Assembly (NCBI GenBank): GCA_963667845.2
Contig: CAXXVL010000002.1
Coordinates: forward strand, 896,001 to 960,000
Source of the DNA: Smithellaceae bacterium
GTDB taxonomy: Bacteria; Desulfobacterota; Syntrophia; Syntrophales; Smithellaceae
Direction of reading: 5' to 3'
Length of the DNA: 64,000 nucleotides
Shown: positions 1-11,385 of the stretch, piece after piece
Layout of the letters: every line of letters begins with the position of its first letter
How positions within the stretch are numbered: position 1 is the first letter of the stretch
Notes under the pieces: generated by a model
Seen by the model: the letters and a program-made list of their open reading frames with translations, nothing else
The model's database searches: none
Told to the model about the DNA's origin: nothing
Translations under genes and position numbers: made by a program

Positions 1-32
1 ATTTGTATTATTAAAAAGTTACTGAGGATTTT

Positions 33-1490
33 ATGGAGTCATTTTCGCTGACCATTCATGAATTGCAGGAAAAAATAAAAAACGGCGATGTGTCGGCAGT
101 CCAGATTGCTGAGTCCGTTTTTTCGCGTATCGACGCCGTTGAAGAGCGGGTACATTCATACATCCGCCTGATGAAAGAAGAGGCTCTCGCTCAGGCTGCA
201 AAAGCTGACGAATGCATCAAAAAAGGCGACATCAAAACCTTAACTGGCATTCCCATCGCGCTGAAAGATATTGTCTGCACAAAAGGAATTACGACCACCT
301 GCGGGTCGCGCATCCTGCAGAGTTTTGTGCCGCCGTATAACGCGACGGTTGTAGAGAAGCTCCGCGACGCGGGCGCGGTATTTACCGGCAAGGCCAACAT
401 GGACGAATTTGCGATGGGGTCGTCCACCGAAACGTCCTATTTCGGCCCGACGCGCAATCCGTGGGATCTGGAACGTATACCCGGCGGTTCCAGCGGCGGC
501 TCGGCCACGGCAGTTGCCGCCGATGAATGCATCGCTTCCATTGGTTCCGACACGGGCGGATCGATCCGCCAGCCCGCAGCGCTTTGCGGCGTCGTCGGCT
601 TGAAACCCACCTATGGCCGCGTCTCCCGCTTCGGCCTGATCGCCTTTGCGTCATCGCTCGATCAGATCGGCCCCTTTACCAAAGACGTGGAAGACTGTGC
701 CATCATGATGAATGTGCTGGCCGGCTACGATCCGAAAGAATCAACATCGGTAAAAGTTGATGTGCCTGACTACCGCCAGTTTATCGGCCGTGACATTAAG
801 GGATGGAAGGTGGGTATCCCCAAAGAATATTTTGTAGAGGGCATTGATCCCGAAGTGAACTCGGCCGTTAAAAAAACAATTGAGGTTGTCGAGAAATGTG
901 GGGGAAAGATCATAGATATTTCTCTTCCACACACTCAATATTGCCTCGCCGTCTATTACATTATCGCTCCGGCGGAAGCATCGTCAAACCTCGCGCGCTA
1001 TGACGGCGTCAAGTATGGTTTCCGGACGTCTGATGCACGTGATCTTGCCGAGATGTACACCAAAACACGCCGGGAGGGATTCGGCGCGGAAGTTAAACGC
1101 CGCATTATGATCGGGACATACGCTTTGTCTGCAGGTTATTATGACGCCTACTATGGGAAAGCATCGCAAGTGCGGGCGCTTATCCGCCGGGATTTTGATG
1201 AAGCCTTTCAGAAATGCGATGTGATCCTCACGCCGACCACACCAACACCCGCTTTTAAAATAGGCGAAAAGACGGATGACCCGCTGCAAATGTATCTCTC
1301 CGACATCTTCACGATCTCCACGAACCTGGCCGGCATTCCCGGCATCTCCGTTCCCTGCGGATACACCGCGGCCGGTTTGCCGATCGGCGTTCAGTTTCTG
1401 GCCGGTCATTTCGAGGAAGGGAAACTACTGCAAATTGCCTCGGCGTACGAGAAAGGCGCTGTCATCGAAAAAAGGAGGCCGACGTTATAA
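33..1490 (+). CDS. gatA: Asp/Glu-tRNA amidotransferase subunit A
   Basis: Amidase signature GGSSGGS...[38 protein letters not shown]; directly upstream of gatB. Confidence 0.98.
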   Translation: MESFSLTIHELQEKIKNGDVSAVQIAESVFSRIDAVEERVHSYIRLMKEEALAQAAKADECIKKGDIKTLTGIPIALKDIVCTKGITTTCGSRILQSFVPPYNATVVEKLRDAGAVFTGKANMDEFAMGSSTETSYFGPTRNPWDLERIPGGSSGGSATAVAADECIASIGSDTGGSIRQPAALCGVVGLKPTYGRVSRFGLIAFASSLDQIGPFTKDVEDCAIMMNVLAGYDPKESTSVKVDVPDYRQFIGRDIKGWKVGIPKEYFVEGIDPEVNSAVKKTIEVVEKCGGKIIDISLPHTQYCLAVYYIIAPAEASSNLARYDGVKYGFRTSDARDLAEMYTKTRREGFGAEVKRRIMIGTYALSAGYYDAYYGKASQVRALIRRDFDEAFQKCDVILTPTTPTPAFKIGEKTDDPLQMYLSDIFTISTNLAGIPGISVPCGYTAAGLPIGVQFLAGHFEEGKLLQIASAYEKGAVIEKRRPTL

Positions 1491-2923
1491 TGGAATTTGA
1501 AACAGTCATCGGGCTCGAAGTTCACGCCCAGTTGTTAACGGATACGAAGATATTCTGTAATTGCTCCACAAAGTTCGGGGCCGCGCCCAACAGCCACGCC
1601 TGCCCGGTTTGCCTGGGCATGCCGGGCGTCCTGCCGGTGCTCAATAAAAAAGTGGTTGAATTCGGCATGAAGATGGCGCTCGCGACGAATTGCACGATCA
1701 ATCCGGCCAATGTTTTCGCTCGAAAAAACTATTTCTATCCCGATCTGCCCAAAGGCTATCAAATCTCTCAATTCGCCTATCCGCTTGCCGAACACGGCTA
1801 TATCTGGCTGGAAATGAACGGAGAAAAGAGGAAGATCGGCATTACCCGGATTCATATGGAAGAGGACGCGGGCAAGTTGATTCATGATGAAAACAGTCCC
1901 GTGAGTTACGTGGATTTGAATCGTACCGGTGTGCCGCTTATTGAAATCGTCGGGGAACCGGATATCCGGACTCCCGAAGAAGCGGCGGAATACCTTAAGC
2001 GTCTGCACGAAATTCTGGTGTACCTGGAAATCTGCGACGGCAATATGGAAGAAGGCTCTTTCCGCTGTGACGCCAACGTATCCATTAGGCCTTTGGGACA
2101 GAAGGAATTCGGCACCCGCACGGAACTCAAGAACATGAACTCCTTCCGTAACGTCCAGCGAGCGCTCGAGTATGAAGTTAAACGCCAGCAGTATTTGGTG
2201 GAAAATGGACAGAGAATCATCCAGGAAACGCGCCTGTGGGATGACGCCCAGGGCATAACCAATCCGATGCGCAGCAAGGAAGAGGCGCACGACTATCGCT
2301 ATTTCCCCGATCCGGATCTGGTGCCGGTGGTGGTTGACGAGGCCTGGGTGGCCAGGATCCGCGAGGATTTGCCGGAGCTGCCGCAGGCGATGCGCGAACG
2401 GTTTGTGAATGAATATCAGATTCCCGCCTACGATGCGGGCGTTCTGACGTCCGAAAGAGCGCTGGCTGAATATTATGAAAACGTCGTGCGGCTCTGCGGC
2501 AAGCCCAAACAAGCCAGCAATTGGGTGATGGGGGACGTTTTGCGTTTTCTCAACGAAGATAAACGTACAATCCGCGAAAGTTCGATCACGGCCCAATCGC
2601 TTGCCGATATGATCACTTTGATTGAAGACGGCGCGATCAGCGGCAAAATGGCCAAAGACATCGTTTCCGATATGTATAAGACGGGCAAATCTCCTCAGGA
2701 GATCATTAAAGAAAAAGGTTTGGTGCAGATTACGGATGAAGACGAGTTGGCCAAAACCATCACGGCAATTATCGCCGCTAATCACAAACCGCTTGCGGAC
2801 TATCGGAGCGGAAAAGAAAAGCTCTTTGGTTTCTTTGTCGGCCAGGTGATGAAGGCGACCCAGGGCAAGGCCAATCCGCAACTGGTCAATGACCTGCTCA
2901 AGAAGATGCTTGCCGGATCATGA
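1490..2923 (+). CDS. gatB: Asp/Glu-tRNA amidotransferase subunit B
   Basis: [57 protein letters not shown]. Confidence 0.98.
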   Translation: MEFETVIGLEVHAQLLTDTKIFCNCSTKFGAAPNSHACPVCLGMPGVLPVLNKKVVEFGMKMALATNCTINPANVFARKNYFYPDLPKGYQISQFAYPLAEHGYIWLEMNGEKRKIGITRIHMEEDAGKLIHDENSPVSYVDLNRTGVPLIEIVGEPDIRTPEEAAEYLKRLHEILVYLEICDGNMEEGSFRCDANVSIRPLGQKEFGTRTELKNMNSFRNVQRALEYEVKRQQYLVENGQRIIQETRLWDDAQGITNPMRSKEEAHDYRYFPDPDLVPVVVDEAWVARIREDLPELPQAMRERFVNEYQIPAYDAGVLTSERALAEYYENVVRLCGKPKQASNWVMGDVLRFLNEDKRTIRESSITAQSLADMITLIEDGAISGKMAKDIVSDMYKTGKSPQEIIKEKGLVQITDEDELAKTITAIIAANHKPLADYRSGKEKLFGFFVGQVMKATQGKANPQLVNDLLKKMLAGS

Positions 2924-3969
2924 TTAAACCCGTCTACTGGAAAAACCACTCAGTCGTCCTGCTTGATCAGAAAGCTCTGCCGCTGATCGAACAGGAAATG
3001 GTCTGTTCCGACTACCGGCAGGTCATTGCCGCCATAAAGGATCTAACCGTCCGCGGCGCGCCGGCCATCGGTGTGGCTGCCGCCATGGGAGCGGCGTTGG
3101 GTGCTGAGACGCTGGCGGGTCAACCTCCTGAAAAATTTCAAAAAAGATTTAACGCCATTTGCGATGAAATCGCAAAAGCCCGACCAACCGCCCGCAATCT
3201 TTTCTGGGCGCTGGAACGGATGAAAAAGCATCTGGGCGATGCCATCGTTTCCGGCAAACAAAACCTGGCCGTCGAACTGGTCTCTGAAGCGAAACGCATT
3301 GGCACCGAAGATATCGAGATCAACAAGCAAATAGGCTGTCATGGAAGTGCATTGATTTCCGACGGCGACAATATCCTCACCCATTGCAATGCCGGCGCGT
3401 TGGCGACAGCAGGTTACGGAACGGCACTGGGCGTTGTTCGAGCCGCCCGCGAGCAGGGTAAGAAATTGCATGTTTATGTGGATGAAACGCGGCCGGTGCT
3501 GCAGGGGGCAAGATTGACTGCCTGGGAAATGAAAAAAGAAGAAATACCGGCTACGCTGATCTGCGACAACATGGCCGGATACCTGATGCAGCAAGGCAAA
3601 ATCAATAAAATCATCGTCGGGGCGGACCGGATTGCGGCAAACGGCGATACGGCAAATAAGATCGGCACTTACTCTCTGGCTGTTTTAGCCAGAGCTCATC
3701 ATATCCCGTTCTATGTGGCGGCCCCGCTGTCTACATTTGATTTTTCTTTGAAAACGGGCGCAGCGATTCCCATCGAAGAACGACAGGCCGGCGAAGTAAT
3801 GTGCTGGCGGAACATCCAGGCCGCGCCGGACAAGATGAAAGTGTACAATCCTTCTTTTGACGTGACACCGGCAAAATATATTACGGCGATTATTACGGAA
3901 AGAGGCATTTTAACCCGATCATACGTAAAGGCCATTGCCGGCTTGCACAAAGGACCTGTCCTGACATGA
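2920..3969 (+). CDS. mtnA: S-methyl-5-thioribose-1-phosphate isomerase
   Basis: [53 protein letters not shown]. Confidence 0.95.
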   Translation: MIKPVYWKNHSVVLLDQKALPLIEQEMVCSDYRQVIAAIKDLTVRGAPAIGVAAAMGAALGAETLAGQPPEKFQKRFNAICDEIAKARPTARNLFWALERMKKHLGDAIVSGKQNLAVELVSEAKRIGTEDIEINKQIGCHGSALISDGDNILTHCNAGALATAGYGTALGVVRAAREQGKKLHVYVDETRPVLQGARLTAWEMKKEEIPATLICDNMAGYLMQQGKINKIIVGADRIAANGDTANKIGTYSLAVLARAHHIPFYVAAPLSTFDFSLKTGAAIPIEERQAGEVMCWRNIQAAPDKMKVYNPSFDVTPAKYITAIITERGILTRSYVKAIAGLHKGPVLT

Positions 3970-4580
3970 AATTGTTGCTTTTTGATTTTGACGGAGTTTT
4001 GGTGGATTCGCTGGACGTTTATGAGAAGACCGTGACGGATTGTTTGCAGGAAATCGGTCAGCCATTGACGCGTGGCCGGGAAGAATTTCTGGAACTCTTT
4101 GAGGGGAATTTTTATGAATCCCTCGTGCAGAAAGGAGTGGATCTGAAAAAATTTACGGAGGCGTCGGTGCATATTTTGGCAGAGATCAATTATGCCGAGA
4201 TGAGGCCATTTGATGCCGTTCGGCCGGTTCTGCGAGAACTGGCGAAGAATCATCCTATGGTCGTTATTTCTTCCAACGACACGCCGACGATTCAGGAAGC
4301 GTTGCGTTTATATGATTTCAACGGCATTTTTCAGGACATTCTCGGCTCGGACTTCATGCTCAGCAAGAAAGACAAGATTCTTTACGTGATCAAAAAATAT
4401 AATGTCACGCTTCAGGATATTTATTACATCGGAGACACGACGGGCGATATCAAGGAAGGAAAGCAGGCCGGCGTTAAAACCGTAGGAGTCACCTGGGGTT
4501 GGCACAACAAAGAAAAAATGGCCGCAGCCAAGCCGAACTATCTTTTTGATAAGCCGGAGGATTTGCTCAAACTTAATTAG
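3966..4580 (+). CDS. HAD-superfamily hydrolase (phosphoglycolate phosphatase-like)
   Basis: Motif I FDFDGVLVDS; motif IV YIGDTTGD; GVTWG. Confidence 0.9.
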   Translation: MKLLLFDFDGVLVDSLDVYEKTVTDCLQEIGQPLTRGREEFLELFEGNFYESLVQKGVDLKKFTEASVHILAEINYAEMRPFDAVRPVLRELAKNHPMVVISSNDTPTIQEALRLYDFNGIFQDILGSDFMLSKKDKILYVIKKYNVTLQDIYYIGDTTGDIKEGKQAGVKTVGVTWGWHNKEKMAAAKPNYLFDKPEDLLKLN

Positions 4581-4754
4581 TGTATAAGTTTATTTCGTGT
4601 AGTTCGGGTAAGATTGACATAAATTGGCGGATAAAAACATGTCATCGGTATTCGGTACAATGCGAAATCTGCTCACTGTGAAAACTGCTGATGTGGCACA
4701 GAAAGCGCTGCCGGGCAGCATCTCGCAATTTTTTGGTAATGGATCATTTCCACA

Positions 4755-4784
4755 TTGACAGCCATACTCTTTTAAAGTTAGATT
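4755..4784 (+). promoter_or_regulatory. Probable sigma70 promoter of tRNA-Sec
   Basis: TTGACA (4755-4760), 18 nt, TAGATT (4779-4784), about 20 nt upstream of the tRNA. Confidence 0.6.
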
Positions 4785-4803
4785 AACTCAGTCCACCTCA
4801 TGA

Positions 4804-4901
4804 GGAAGTGCCAAGGTCACTGGTGGGCCTCCTGGACTTCAAATCCAGTGTGGGGCGCTAGAACCGTCCCAGGTGGGTTCGATTCCCATGCACTTCCGCC
4901 A
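4804..4901 (+). tRNA. selC: tRNA-Sec (anticodon UCA)
   Basis: 8-bp acceptor stem GGAAGTGC/GCACTTCC, anticodon arm CTGGA-CT-TCA-AA-TCCAG (TCA 4839-4841), long variable arm TGGGGCG/CGTCCCA, T arm GTGGG-TTCGATT-CCCAT, 3' GCCA; 98 nt. Confidence 0.97.
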
Positions 4902-5145
4902 TTTTATTAGCAAATTTCGATTTTTATCGAATATATTTCTTTAACCTTCCGATTTTAGCCCTCCACAATGGATTTAAACTCTGGGAGAGCTTTCAAAAGA
5001 GCGTGACAAAATCTGAATTAGCAAGAAAAAGCGAATGGTCTTCTAAGGCATTATCAAATATTGAAAAAAGTGTATGTGATTTCCCGAATATTTAATATAT
5101 TTAGAGCAAGTTCCGGCAAACGGCAACCTGCTGATTCACAAAATT

Positions 5146-5514
5146 CTATGGCCATGTACAGGCTGACGCAGATGCCGGTATACAGGCACCGGTGCAGACG
5201 GGTTCGCCTGAGTTGCTTATGGTTGCCGATCCACCTTTCTCAGCGGAACAGAAGGCCTTCCCGAATACACTGATGATGCACTTTCCCGGACCGCAAAGCG
5301 CTTGGCCATTGAGAGTCATTACGATACCGCCATATGGCGGTGAGCAGGCGATAGTTCCGGTTGCGTTAATTAGACAGGTACTACCCAGAGGAGGACAAAC
5401 TATTTTCCCGTCAGCATTGCGTATACAGGAATTATTGTCGTTTGACCAAGCCGTTACTGTTAACAAAAGCGCAACGAAGAAGAGGATTACCGATACTAGA
5501 GTTACTTTTTTCAT
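5146..5514 (-). CDS. Small exported cysteine-rich repeat protein, function unknown
   Basis: Signal peptide MKKVTLVSVILFFVALLLTVTAWS; 10 Cys in repeated x6-G-x3-C units; GAGG RBS. Confidence 0.75.
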   Translation of the reverse strand: MKKVTLVSVILFFVALLLTVTAWSNDNNSCIRNADGKIVCPPLGSTCLINATGTIACSPPYGGIVMTLNGQALCGPGKCIISVFGKAFCSAEKGGSATISNSGEPVCTGACIPASASACTWP

Positions 5515-5743
5515 GCACTTCCTCTTTTCTTGGTTAAGAAATCTGAACCAATCAAACGTACGCCACTCCGCTTACATATTTTATACTAAAGATGTATCAA
5601 TCAGCAAATAATAAGAATATTAAAAATCTTTAACCTTAAGCTATTTAGTCACTTAACGAATATGAGATAATTATTAAATCCTTATTGCCAAGTGGGCTCG
5701 TTTCCTTCGCTTATAATATTTTGATTTTTTTCCAGGGATTGTA

Positions 5744-6067
5744 TTAGTTGAAGAAATATGTAGCTTGCGCAGCTTTCACCAAGACATAATATGCAATTAT
5801 TTGTCCTAATATCGGGAAAAAAATTAAAGGAAAATATTGAGACGCTAGGATGCCTACGATCGTTGCGCATTTTTTGAGACGGATCCACCAGACCCAAAGT
5901 GACAGACCGTAAAGGATACAAGCAATTATTAAGATCACTTTTCGAGCTTCAAAATCGTCAGTAAAGCAAAAGAAACATAAGGCAAGAAAACATATGCAGT
6001 TGATAACTGAAATACTTTTAAAACGTGCAAAGTGAAACTTTAAAACTCTATCCATAAAAAATCCCAT
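5744..6067 (-). CDS. Hypothetical small membrane protein (AT-rich)
   Basis: 107-aa ORF with about three hydrophobic segments; no recognisable motif. Confidence 0.45.
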   Translation of the reverse strand: MGFFMDRVLKFHFARFKSISVINCICFLALCFFCFTDDFEARKVILIIACILYGLSLWVWWIRLKKCATIVGILASQYFPLIFFPILGQIIAYYVLVKAAQATYFFN

Positions 6068-6349
6068 TTGATGGTAGAAGAATCACTCACTTTTTGTGTC
6101 ATTTGTGACATATGTCACTATACATGGAGGCGTGTTGATGTCAAGTCGAAGTCTGAAAAGTCATTTTCCGCCATGGGCCGAAGAAATGATCAGGAGAATA
6201 ACAGGCAGGTACTTATTTATCCTTTGGGCTTTTCATTAACCTTAGCGTGTAACGACAGGAAACCTTTTAATTCTCCCGAAAACCGCCGCTGCCAAAACAA
6301 CTGTCTTTTTATCAAATAATTACAAATGATTGTAATCAGGTGTGAACAC

Positions 6350-6369
6350 TCGATTCCCACGCACTTCTG
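6350..6369 (+). repeat. Degenerate direct repeat of the tRNA-Sec 3' end (att-like)
   Basis: TCGATTCCCACGCACTTCTG vs tRNA 4879-4898 TCGATTCCCATGCACTTCCG, 18/20 identical. Confidence 0.7.
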
Positions 6370-6748
6370 TAAAGAAGGCAAGGAAGGGTAAGCAAAACGA
6401 ATGACGAACAAGGGGCCGCGCAAAAAAGGAAAGATAAGCACACTGCACAAAAAGAAATTATGGACATGACCGCGCGATTTATGTAGGTTTTTTCCTAAAA
6501 TTAAGAATGCTCATTGCAAATTTCAAAATTGAGCACTTCCTTGAATTCGGCAGCGAGCTCATTTCTTGCAGCTTCTGCCGGGCAAGAGTTTGAATTACGT
6601 CTAAGATTCCTTCGGTGGGGATCGAAGATTCTCTGGAGCGTGCTCCCGAAATATTCAATCAGGTGGCAGTGAGCAGTCAAGCATGTAATAAATCGCTCAG
6701 CTCAAAATATGCGGATTAAATTCTTTTCCACATAAAGAAGAGAAAAAA

Positions 6749-8719
6749 ATGAAAACGATTTTTTCAAATAAAGACGATCTTATCAGTCGGACAGCGCCCG
6801 AGGGGACGAAATCTTCAGAAAAGAGAGCAGCGTTGGGAGCGAGTCTGGGAGGCCGGAAAATCAAAGCCGTCCCGGAATTGAAGCCCTCCGAAGCAAACTT
6901 CGGAGAAGCTCCGATTCCCAAGGAAGGCGTCTCAGCCACAAGTCGCTCGCTTACCCTGCAGCAAGGTGTGAGAAATGCGCCCGTTGCCGAATTCACCAGG
7001 CAAGCCCTGATGGAGTCTTTAAAGAACTATCAAGCTATTCTCGACGAAGTTGAAGACTGCGTCGGAGAAGTTGATCTCAAAGGCAATATTACGTCCACCA
7101 ACAGAGCCGGAATGAAAATCTGGGGGGTTACGGAAAAGAAAGATATTGTCGGCGTGAATTTCCGGTCCTATATGGATAAGGAGACAGCTGATTTCGTTTA
7201 CCAGGCATACAATAAGATTTACCGCACGGGCGTTCCCGATAAAATAACCTATGACATTTTCAAGAAAGACGGATCCCGCGTGACGATCGAAGATTCGGTT
7301 GCACCGATTCGCAATACGGAGGGACGAATCACGGGATTTCGGACCGTCAGCAGGGACATCACCGAACGCAATAAGAAAGAGCGCGAGCTGGAAGCCCACA
7401 GGAGCCGTCTTGAGGCTATCTTCGGGAGTGTAAAAGATGCCATTATCACCGTCGATTCGGATCTGCGGGTCATCGAGGCGAATATGCATGCGGAAACTAT
7501 CTGCAATCTCAATGTGGACCGAATCACCGGTAAGGCATTCCCCCGGTGTGTCACCCAGTGCAGCCGCTCCTGTGTGGATGTGCTGAAGCAGACGCTCAAC
7601 AAAAATGCAACCATCCGGGAATACCGGATTGAATGCAACCACGAGGAGAAACGCCACCAGCTGGTCAGCGTAACGAGCTCTCCCCTCATCGATTCCCACG
7701 GCAATTTTATGGGGGCTGTTCTGGTGATACGCGACATGACTCTGATCAGAGACATGGCCAGGGAATTGAAAGAGCGCCATCAATTTCAGAACATGATCGG
7801 CAGGAGCAAGAGAATGCAGGAGATCTACCGGCTCCTGGAAGATCTGGCCGATCTCGAAACAACTGTTCTCATCACGGGTGAAAGCGGGACCGGCAAGGAG
7901 CTTGTAGCCCGCGCCCTCCACTACAGCGGGCTTCGAGCCTTCAAACCTTTCATCACCGTGAACTGTTCCGCATTGACGGAGGGTCTGCTGGAGAGCGAAT
8001 TGTTCGGCCATGTCAAAGGAGCCTTCACGGGGGCCATTAAAGACAGGCAGGGGCGCTTCCAGGCAGCTGACGGCGGGACCATCCTTCTGGACGAAATCGG
8101 CGACATTTCCCCGTTGATTCAGTTGAAGCTTCTGCGGGTGCTTCAGGAAAAAATCTTTGAACCGGTCGGAAAATCCACGCCCAAGAAAGTGGATGTCCGG
8201 GTGATCGCCTGCACGAATAAAAACCTTATGCAAAAAGTCATGAAAGGAGAGTTTCGGGAAGATCTCTACTACCGTCTAAAGGTCGTGGAAGTGGCCTTAC
8301 CCCCTCTCCGTGAAAGGCTGGAAGATCTGCCGCCCCTGGTTGAGCATTTCCGTCATCTCTTTAACGAACGCTTCAATAAGCATATTGAGGGAATATCTCA
8401 TGAGGTTCTCAATAAATTCATGGAGTATTCCTGGCCGGGAAATATCCGGGAATTGGAACATGTCATTGAGCATGCATTTATCCTCTGCCATGGAAATGTC
8501 ATTACTATGAAGCATTTACCGGCGGAAATGTGCCGGGACATTAGAAGAGCCGTCGATAGCGGCCCGTCTTTCAAGAGCGGCCCGATACAAGCCAGCGACA
8601 TCGAGGATGTCCTGAAGATCACCGGAGGGAATAAGGCAAAGGCGGCGCGCCGGCTTGGCATTCATCGGCGAACATTGTATCGTATCCTGGACAAGCATAA
8701 ATTGGATCCATCCGCTTAA
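6749..8719 (+). CDS. Sigma54-dependent transcriptional activator (PAS-PAS-AAA+-Fis HTH)
   Basis: Two PAS-like segments, [47 protein letters not shown]-terminal [19 protein letters not shown]; true start uncertain. Confidence 0.95.
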   Translation: MKTIFSNKDDLISRTAPEGTKSSEKRAALGASLGGRKIKAVPELKPSEANFGEAPIPKEGVSATSRSLTLQQGVRNAPVAEFTRQALMESLKNYQAILDEVEDCVGEVDLKGNITSTNRAGMKIWGVTEKKDIVGVNFRSYMDKETADFVYQAYNKIYRTGVPDKITYDIFKKDGSRVTIEDSVAPIRNTEGRITGFRTVSRDITERNKKERELEAHRSRLEAIFGSVKDAIITVDSDLRVIEANMHAETICNLNVDRITGKAFPRCVTQCSRSCVDVLKQTLNKNATIREYRIECNHEEKRHQLVSVTSSPLIDSHGNFMGAVLVIRDMTLIRDMARELKERHQFQNMIGRSKRMQEIYRLLEDLADLETTVLITGESGTGKELVARALHYSGLRAFKPFITVNCSALTEGLLESELFGHVKGAFTGAIKDRQGRFQAADGGTILLDEIGDISPLIQLKLLRVLQEKIFEPVGKSTPKKVDVRVIACTNKNLMQKVMKGEFREDLYYRLKVVEVALPPLRERLEDLPPLVEHFRHLFNERFNKHIEGISHEVLNKFMEYSWPGNIRELEHVIEHAFILCHGNVITMKHLPAEMCRDIRRAVDSGPSFKSGPIQASDIEDVLKITGGNKAKAARRLGIHRRTLYRILDKHKLDPSA

Positions 8720-8723
8720 CATG

Positions 8724-8950
8724 TGTGACACGATGCACGGAAGTGTGCGCACATAAATGTGCAGATAGTCACATAATATCCCTTTCCCCATCTCTGCTGC
8801 GGTTTCTGAAATCCCATCCAAAAAGTTTATCTTTCCCCATCGTTGAATCAAATTGGGCTGAGGCAGCACCCGATGCTTCGCCGGGACGTCAAAGAGCGGC
8901 ACAATTTGTGAATACTCTGCATCTCCATATGACATCGAATCGGTCAAATA
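8724..8950 (+). promoter_or_regulatory. Activator-binding dyad plus sigma54-like -24/-12 promoter, copy 1
   Basis: Dyad TGTGAC(8724)...GCAC-N6-GTGC x2...GTCACA(8773); CGGCACAATTTGTGAA at 8897; duplicated at 11164-11385. Confidence 0.6.
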
Positions 8951-8982
8951 AAATCGGTGAAATAAAAAATGGAGGGGCTCTT

Positions 8983-10752
8983 ATGAATCGTTTGAAAGTA
9001 TATGCAGCATGGTTTCTAGTGGGCACATTTTTTATCATTTCATTATGGGGATGCACCGGCTCCGATGCTCCCCCGGTGATGACTATTCGCGCGACTCAAT
9101 TCGGCCAAGTAGAGGGAATCGTTCAGATGCCAGGCGGCACTGGAATGTTGGCAGCGGGCGAAGGCTTTGCCTGGCTTGGCGTTCCCTACGCCAAACCACC
9201 GGTAGGAGACCTTCGCTGGAAACCGCCGGTCGATCCGGATTCTTGGAGCGGGTCTAAGAAAACGCAGGCATTTTGTCAGGCTTGCGCTCAGGTCGGTTCC
9301 ATGTATGGTCCCCCCAGCTTTGGTAGCGCCTATGAGACGGCGGCAAATGTTTTCTGGAAACCTGTGGGCAGCGAAGATTGCTTATATCTCAACATATACA
9401 GCCCAATTACCAGTCAGGCTGGAAGTAAGTTGCCTGTATTTTTCTTTATTCATGGAGGCAGCAACAGAGTGGGGGCCGCGTCCCTCTTCGACGGCAGCGT
9501 CCTTGCAAAAAAAACCAACTCGGTTGTCGTCTTCGTGGGATATCGGCTCAATCTCTTTGGATGGCTCACTCACCCGGCTTTAAGGACAGGGGAACCTCTC
9601 AATGATTCAGGCAATTATGGCCTTCTGGATATAATCCAGGCTCTGAAGTTCGTTAAAAATAACATTAGCAATTTCGGTGGGGATTCTAATAACGTCACAA
9701 TCAGTGGCCAGTCTGCCGGCGCGCTTAATGTGAATTCACTGATTCTTTCGCCGGTTGCAGCCGGCCTCTTCCACAAGGCCATACCGATGAGCGGAGACAC
9801 GACATATTCAACCGTAGCAACAGGAGAATACGCATCTGGTCTCCTAGTGGAAACGTTCCTGATCAAAGATGGACTGGCTACCGATCATGCTTCGGCGGTA
9901 ACATTCCTGGCCGACAAGGACAATACCTGGATCGCCAACTATCTCCGGGGCAAGTCAACAGCGGATATCATCAATATCATGATCAACTCGACGGGAGGAA
10001 AGTTCGGAAATGGCGCTTATACGGCCCTCGGGTCCATTGCCGCTAATTTTGGGGACGGCAATGTACATCCGGTTAACGCAGCTACCGCCATCAGCAGCGG
10101 CTCCTACAATAAGGTCCCTATGATCATCGGCAATACGACCGAGGAGGGCAAACTCTTCGCTCAGGCATGTTACAAGATTTCGGATATGGACCGCTTTAAC
10201 CTGATGATGAATTTCGACCCCACTAACCCGGGTACCTTGTCGCTTACGGACATTCTGGATCCGGCTGTCGTCATTCCAACCACAGCGGCACAATATAATA
10301 TCCTTAACAATAACTATCCCAGCCCCGTAAACTCCCTTCCTTCTGCGCTGTATATCTATTTGATGGATATATGCACGAGAAATTATAAGGCCACATCCGG
10401 AACCCCGATCTATGCTTACAGCTTCGAATGGGCGCAACAACCGGAACCCTGGAAAACGCTCTATGGGGCAGTCCATGCCGGAGATTTGGGTTGGGTTTTC
10501 GGCGATTTTGATCGGAAGTATCTTTTCTCCGAATTTAACAGTCCGGAGAACAAACCTGGGCGGATCGCTTTGTCCAACGCCATGCAACAGGCCATTGGAG
10601 CTTTTATGCGCACCGGCAATCCTAATCCCGCCGATTCCACCACTCTCGGCGTGACCTGGCCGCAGGCGGAGACGGGAACGGACGGAAATCCGAAAAAAAT
10701 CAGATTTGATGCCACGCTTTCGGACAAGAAAATTTCGTTGACTAATAATTGA
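8983..10752 (+). CDS. Type-B carboxylesterase, probable lipoprotein
   Basis: GVPYAKPPVGDLRWKPP, SEDCLYLNIY, HGG, GNYGLLD, nucleophile motif GQSAG, HAGD; lipobox LWGC; GGAGG RBS before ATG 8983. Confidence 0.92.
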   Translation: MNRLKVYAAWFLVGTFFIISLWGCTGSDAPPVMTIRATQFGQVEGIVQMPGGTGMLAAGEGFAWLGVPYAKPPVGDLRWKPPVDPDSWSGSKKTQAFCQACAQVGSMYGPPSFGSAYETAANVFWKPVGSEDCLYLNIYSPITSQAGSKLPVFFFIHGGSNRVGAASLFDGSVLAKKTNSVVVFVGYRLNLFGWLTHPALRTGEPLNDSGNYGLLDIIQALKFVKNNISNFGGDSNNVTISGQSAGALNVNSLILSPVAAGLFHKAIPMSGDTTYSTVATGEYASGLLVETFLIKDGLATDHASAVTFLADKDNTWIANYLRGKSTADIINIMINSTGGKFGNGAYTALGSIAANFGDGNVHPVNAATAISSGSYNKVPMIIGNTTEEGKLFAQACYKISDMDRFNLMMNFDPTNPGTLSLTDILDPAVVIPTTAAQYNILNNNYPSPVNSLPSALYIYLMDICTRNYKATSGTPIYAYSFEWAQQPEPWKTLYGAVHAGDLGWVFGDFDRKYLFSEFNSPENKPGRIALSNAMQQAIGAFMRTGNPNPADSTTLGVTWPQAETGTDGNPKKIRFDATLSDKKISLTNN

Positions 10753-11163
10753 TTCATCAGCCGCCTGCCCCGGACCGGCCAGCCACTACCGCTGACACCG
10801 GTATCGCGGCATAAGTCTTTTAAGAAAGAAGTCCGCAGGTTTTCATCCATACCGGATTCGGCATCCGGATAACATTTCCAAATGCCGAATTCGGTCGGAC
10901 TTTCAATCAGATGGCCAGACAGCAACTGTTGCACAAATCGTGTGAATGGTAATCAGGTATTCAAGCATCTAAAGCCGGAGACATTTACAGCTCTATACGA
11001 ACATTTAGCAAACCCGATGGACAATGTGTTTAAGCCGGGGCCGGATGCGGAAACCTATATTTCTTGTCCCCGTAAACCTCGGCAAGCTGCTTTCAACCCC
11101 ATAGGAAAGCGCATTTTTTGCCTTATGCCTACGGTCTGGGGTCAGAAAATCGGTCCTTTTGTA

Positions 11164-11385
11164 TGTGACATGATGCACACAAGCGTGCGCACACAAGCGT
11201 GCATATGCCACATATATTTTGTTCATCCCTTCTAAAGCCGTTTCTTAAATTTGAATTAAAGACCTTTTTTTTCCAACCCTTAAATCAGATGCTCATGTGC
11301 ACGACCCTTGCTTCATCCAAAAAACAAACATCGGCACAATTTGTGAATATTCTGCGTCTCAGTATGGAATCGAATCGGTCAAATA
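11164..11385 (+). promoter_or_regulatory. Activator-binding dyad plus sigma54-like -24/-12 promoter, copy 2
   Basis: TGTGAC(11164), tandem GCACACAAGCGTGC x2 (11175-11202), GCCACA; 11332-11385 is 48/54 identical to 8897-8950. Confidence 0.6.

Noticed and set aside
1535..2881. Long antisense ORFs (also 7019-8233, 58198-59667 and many shorter ones)
   Set aside because: They are shadows of well-supported genes on the opposite strand and have no recognisable motifs.
10851..10895. 14-bp inverted repeat after the esterase gene
   Set aside because: Probably an ordinary mRNA-stabilising or terminator-like hairpin; no U tract and no second copy seen.
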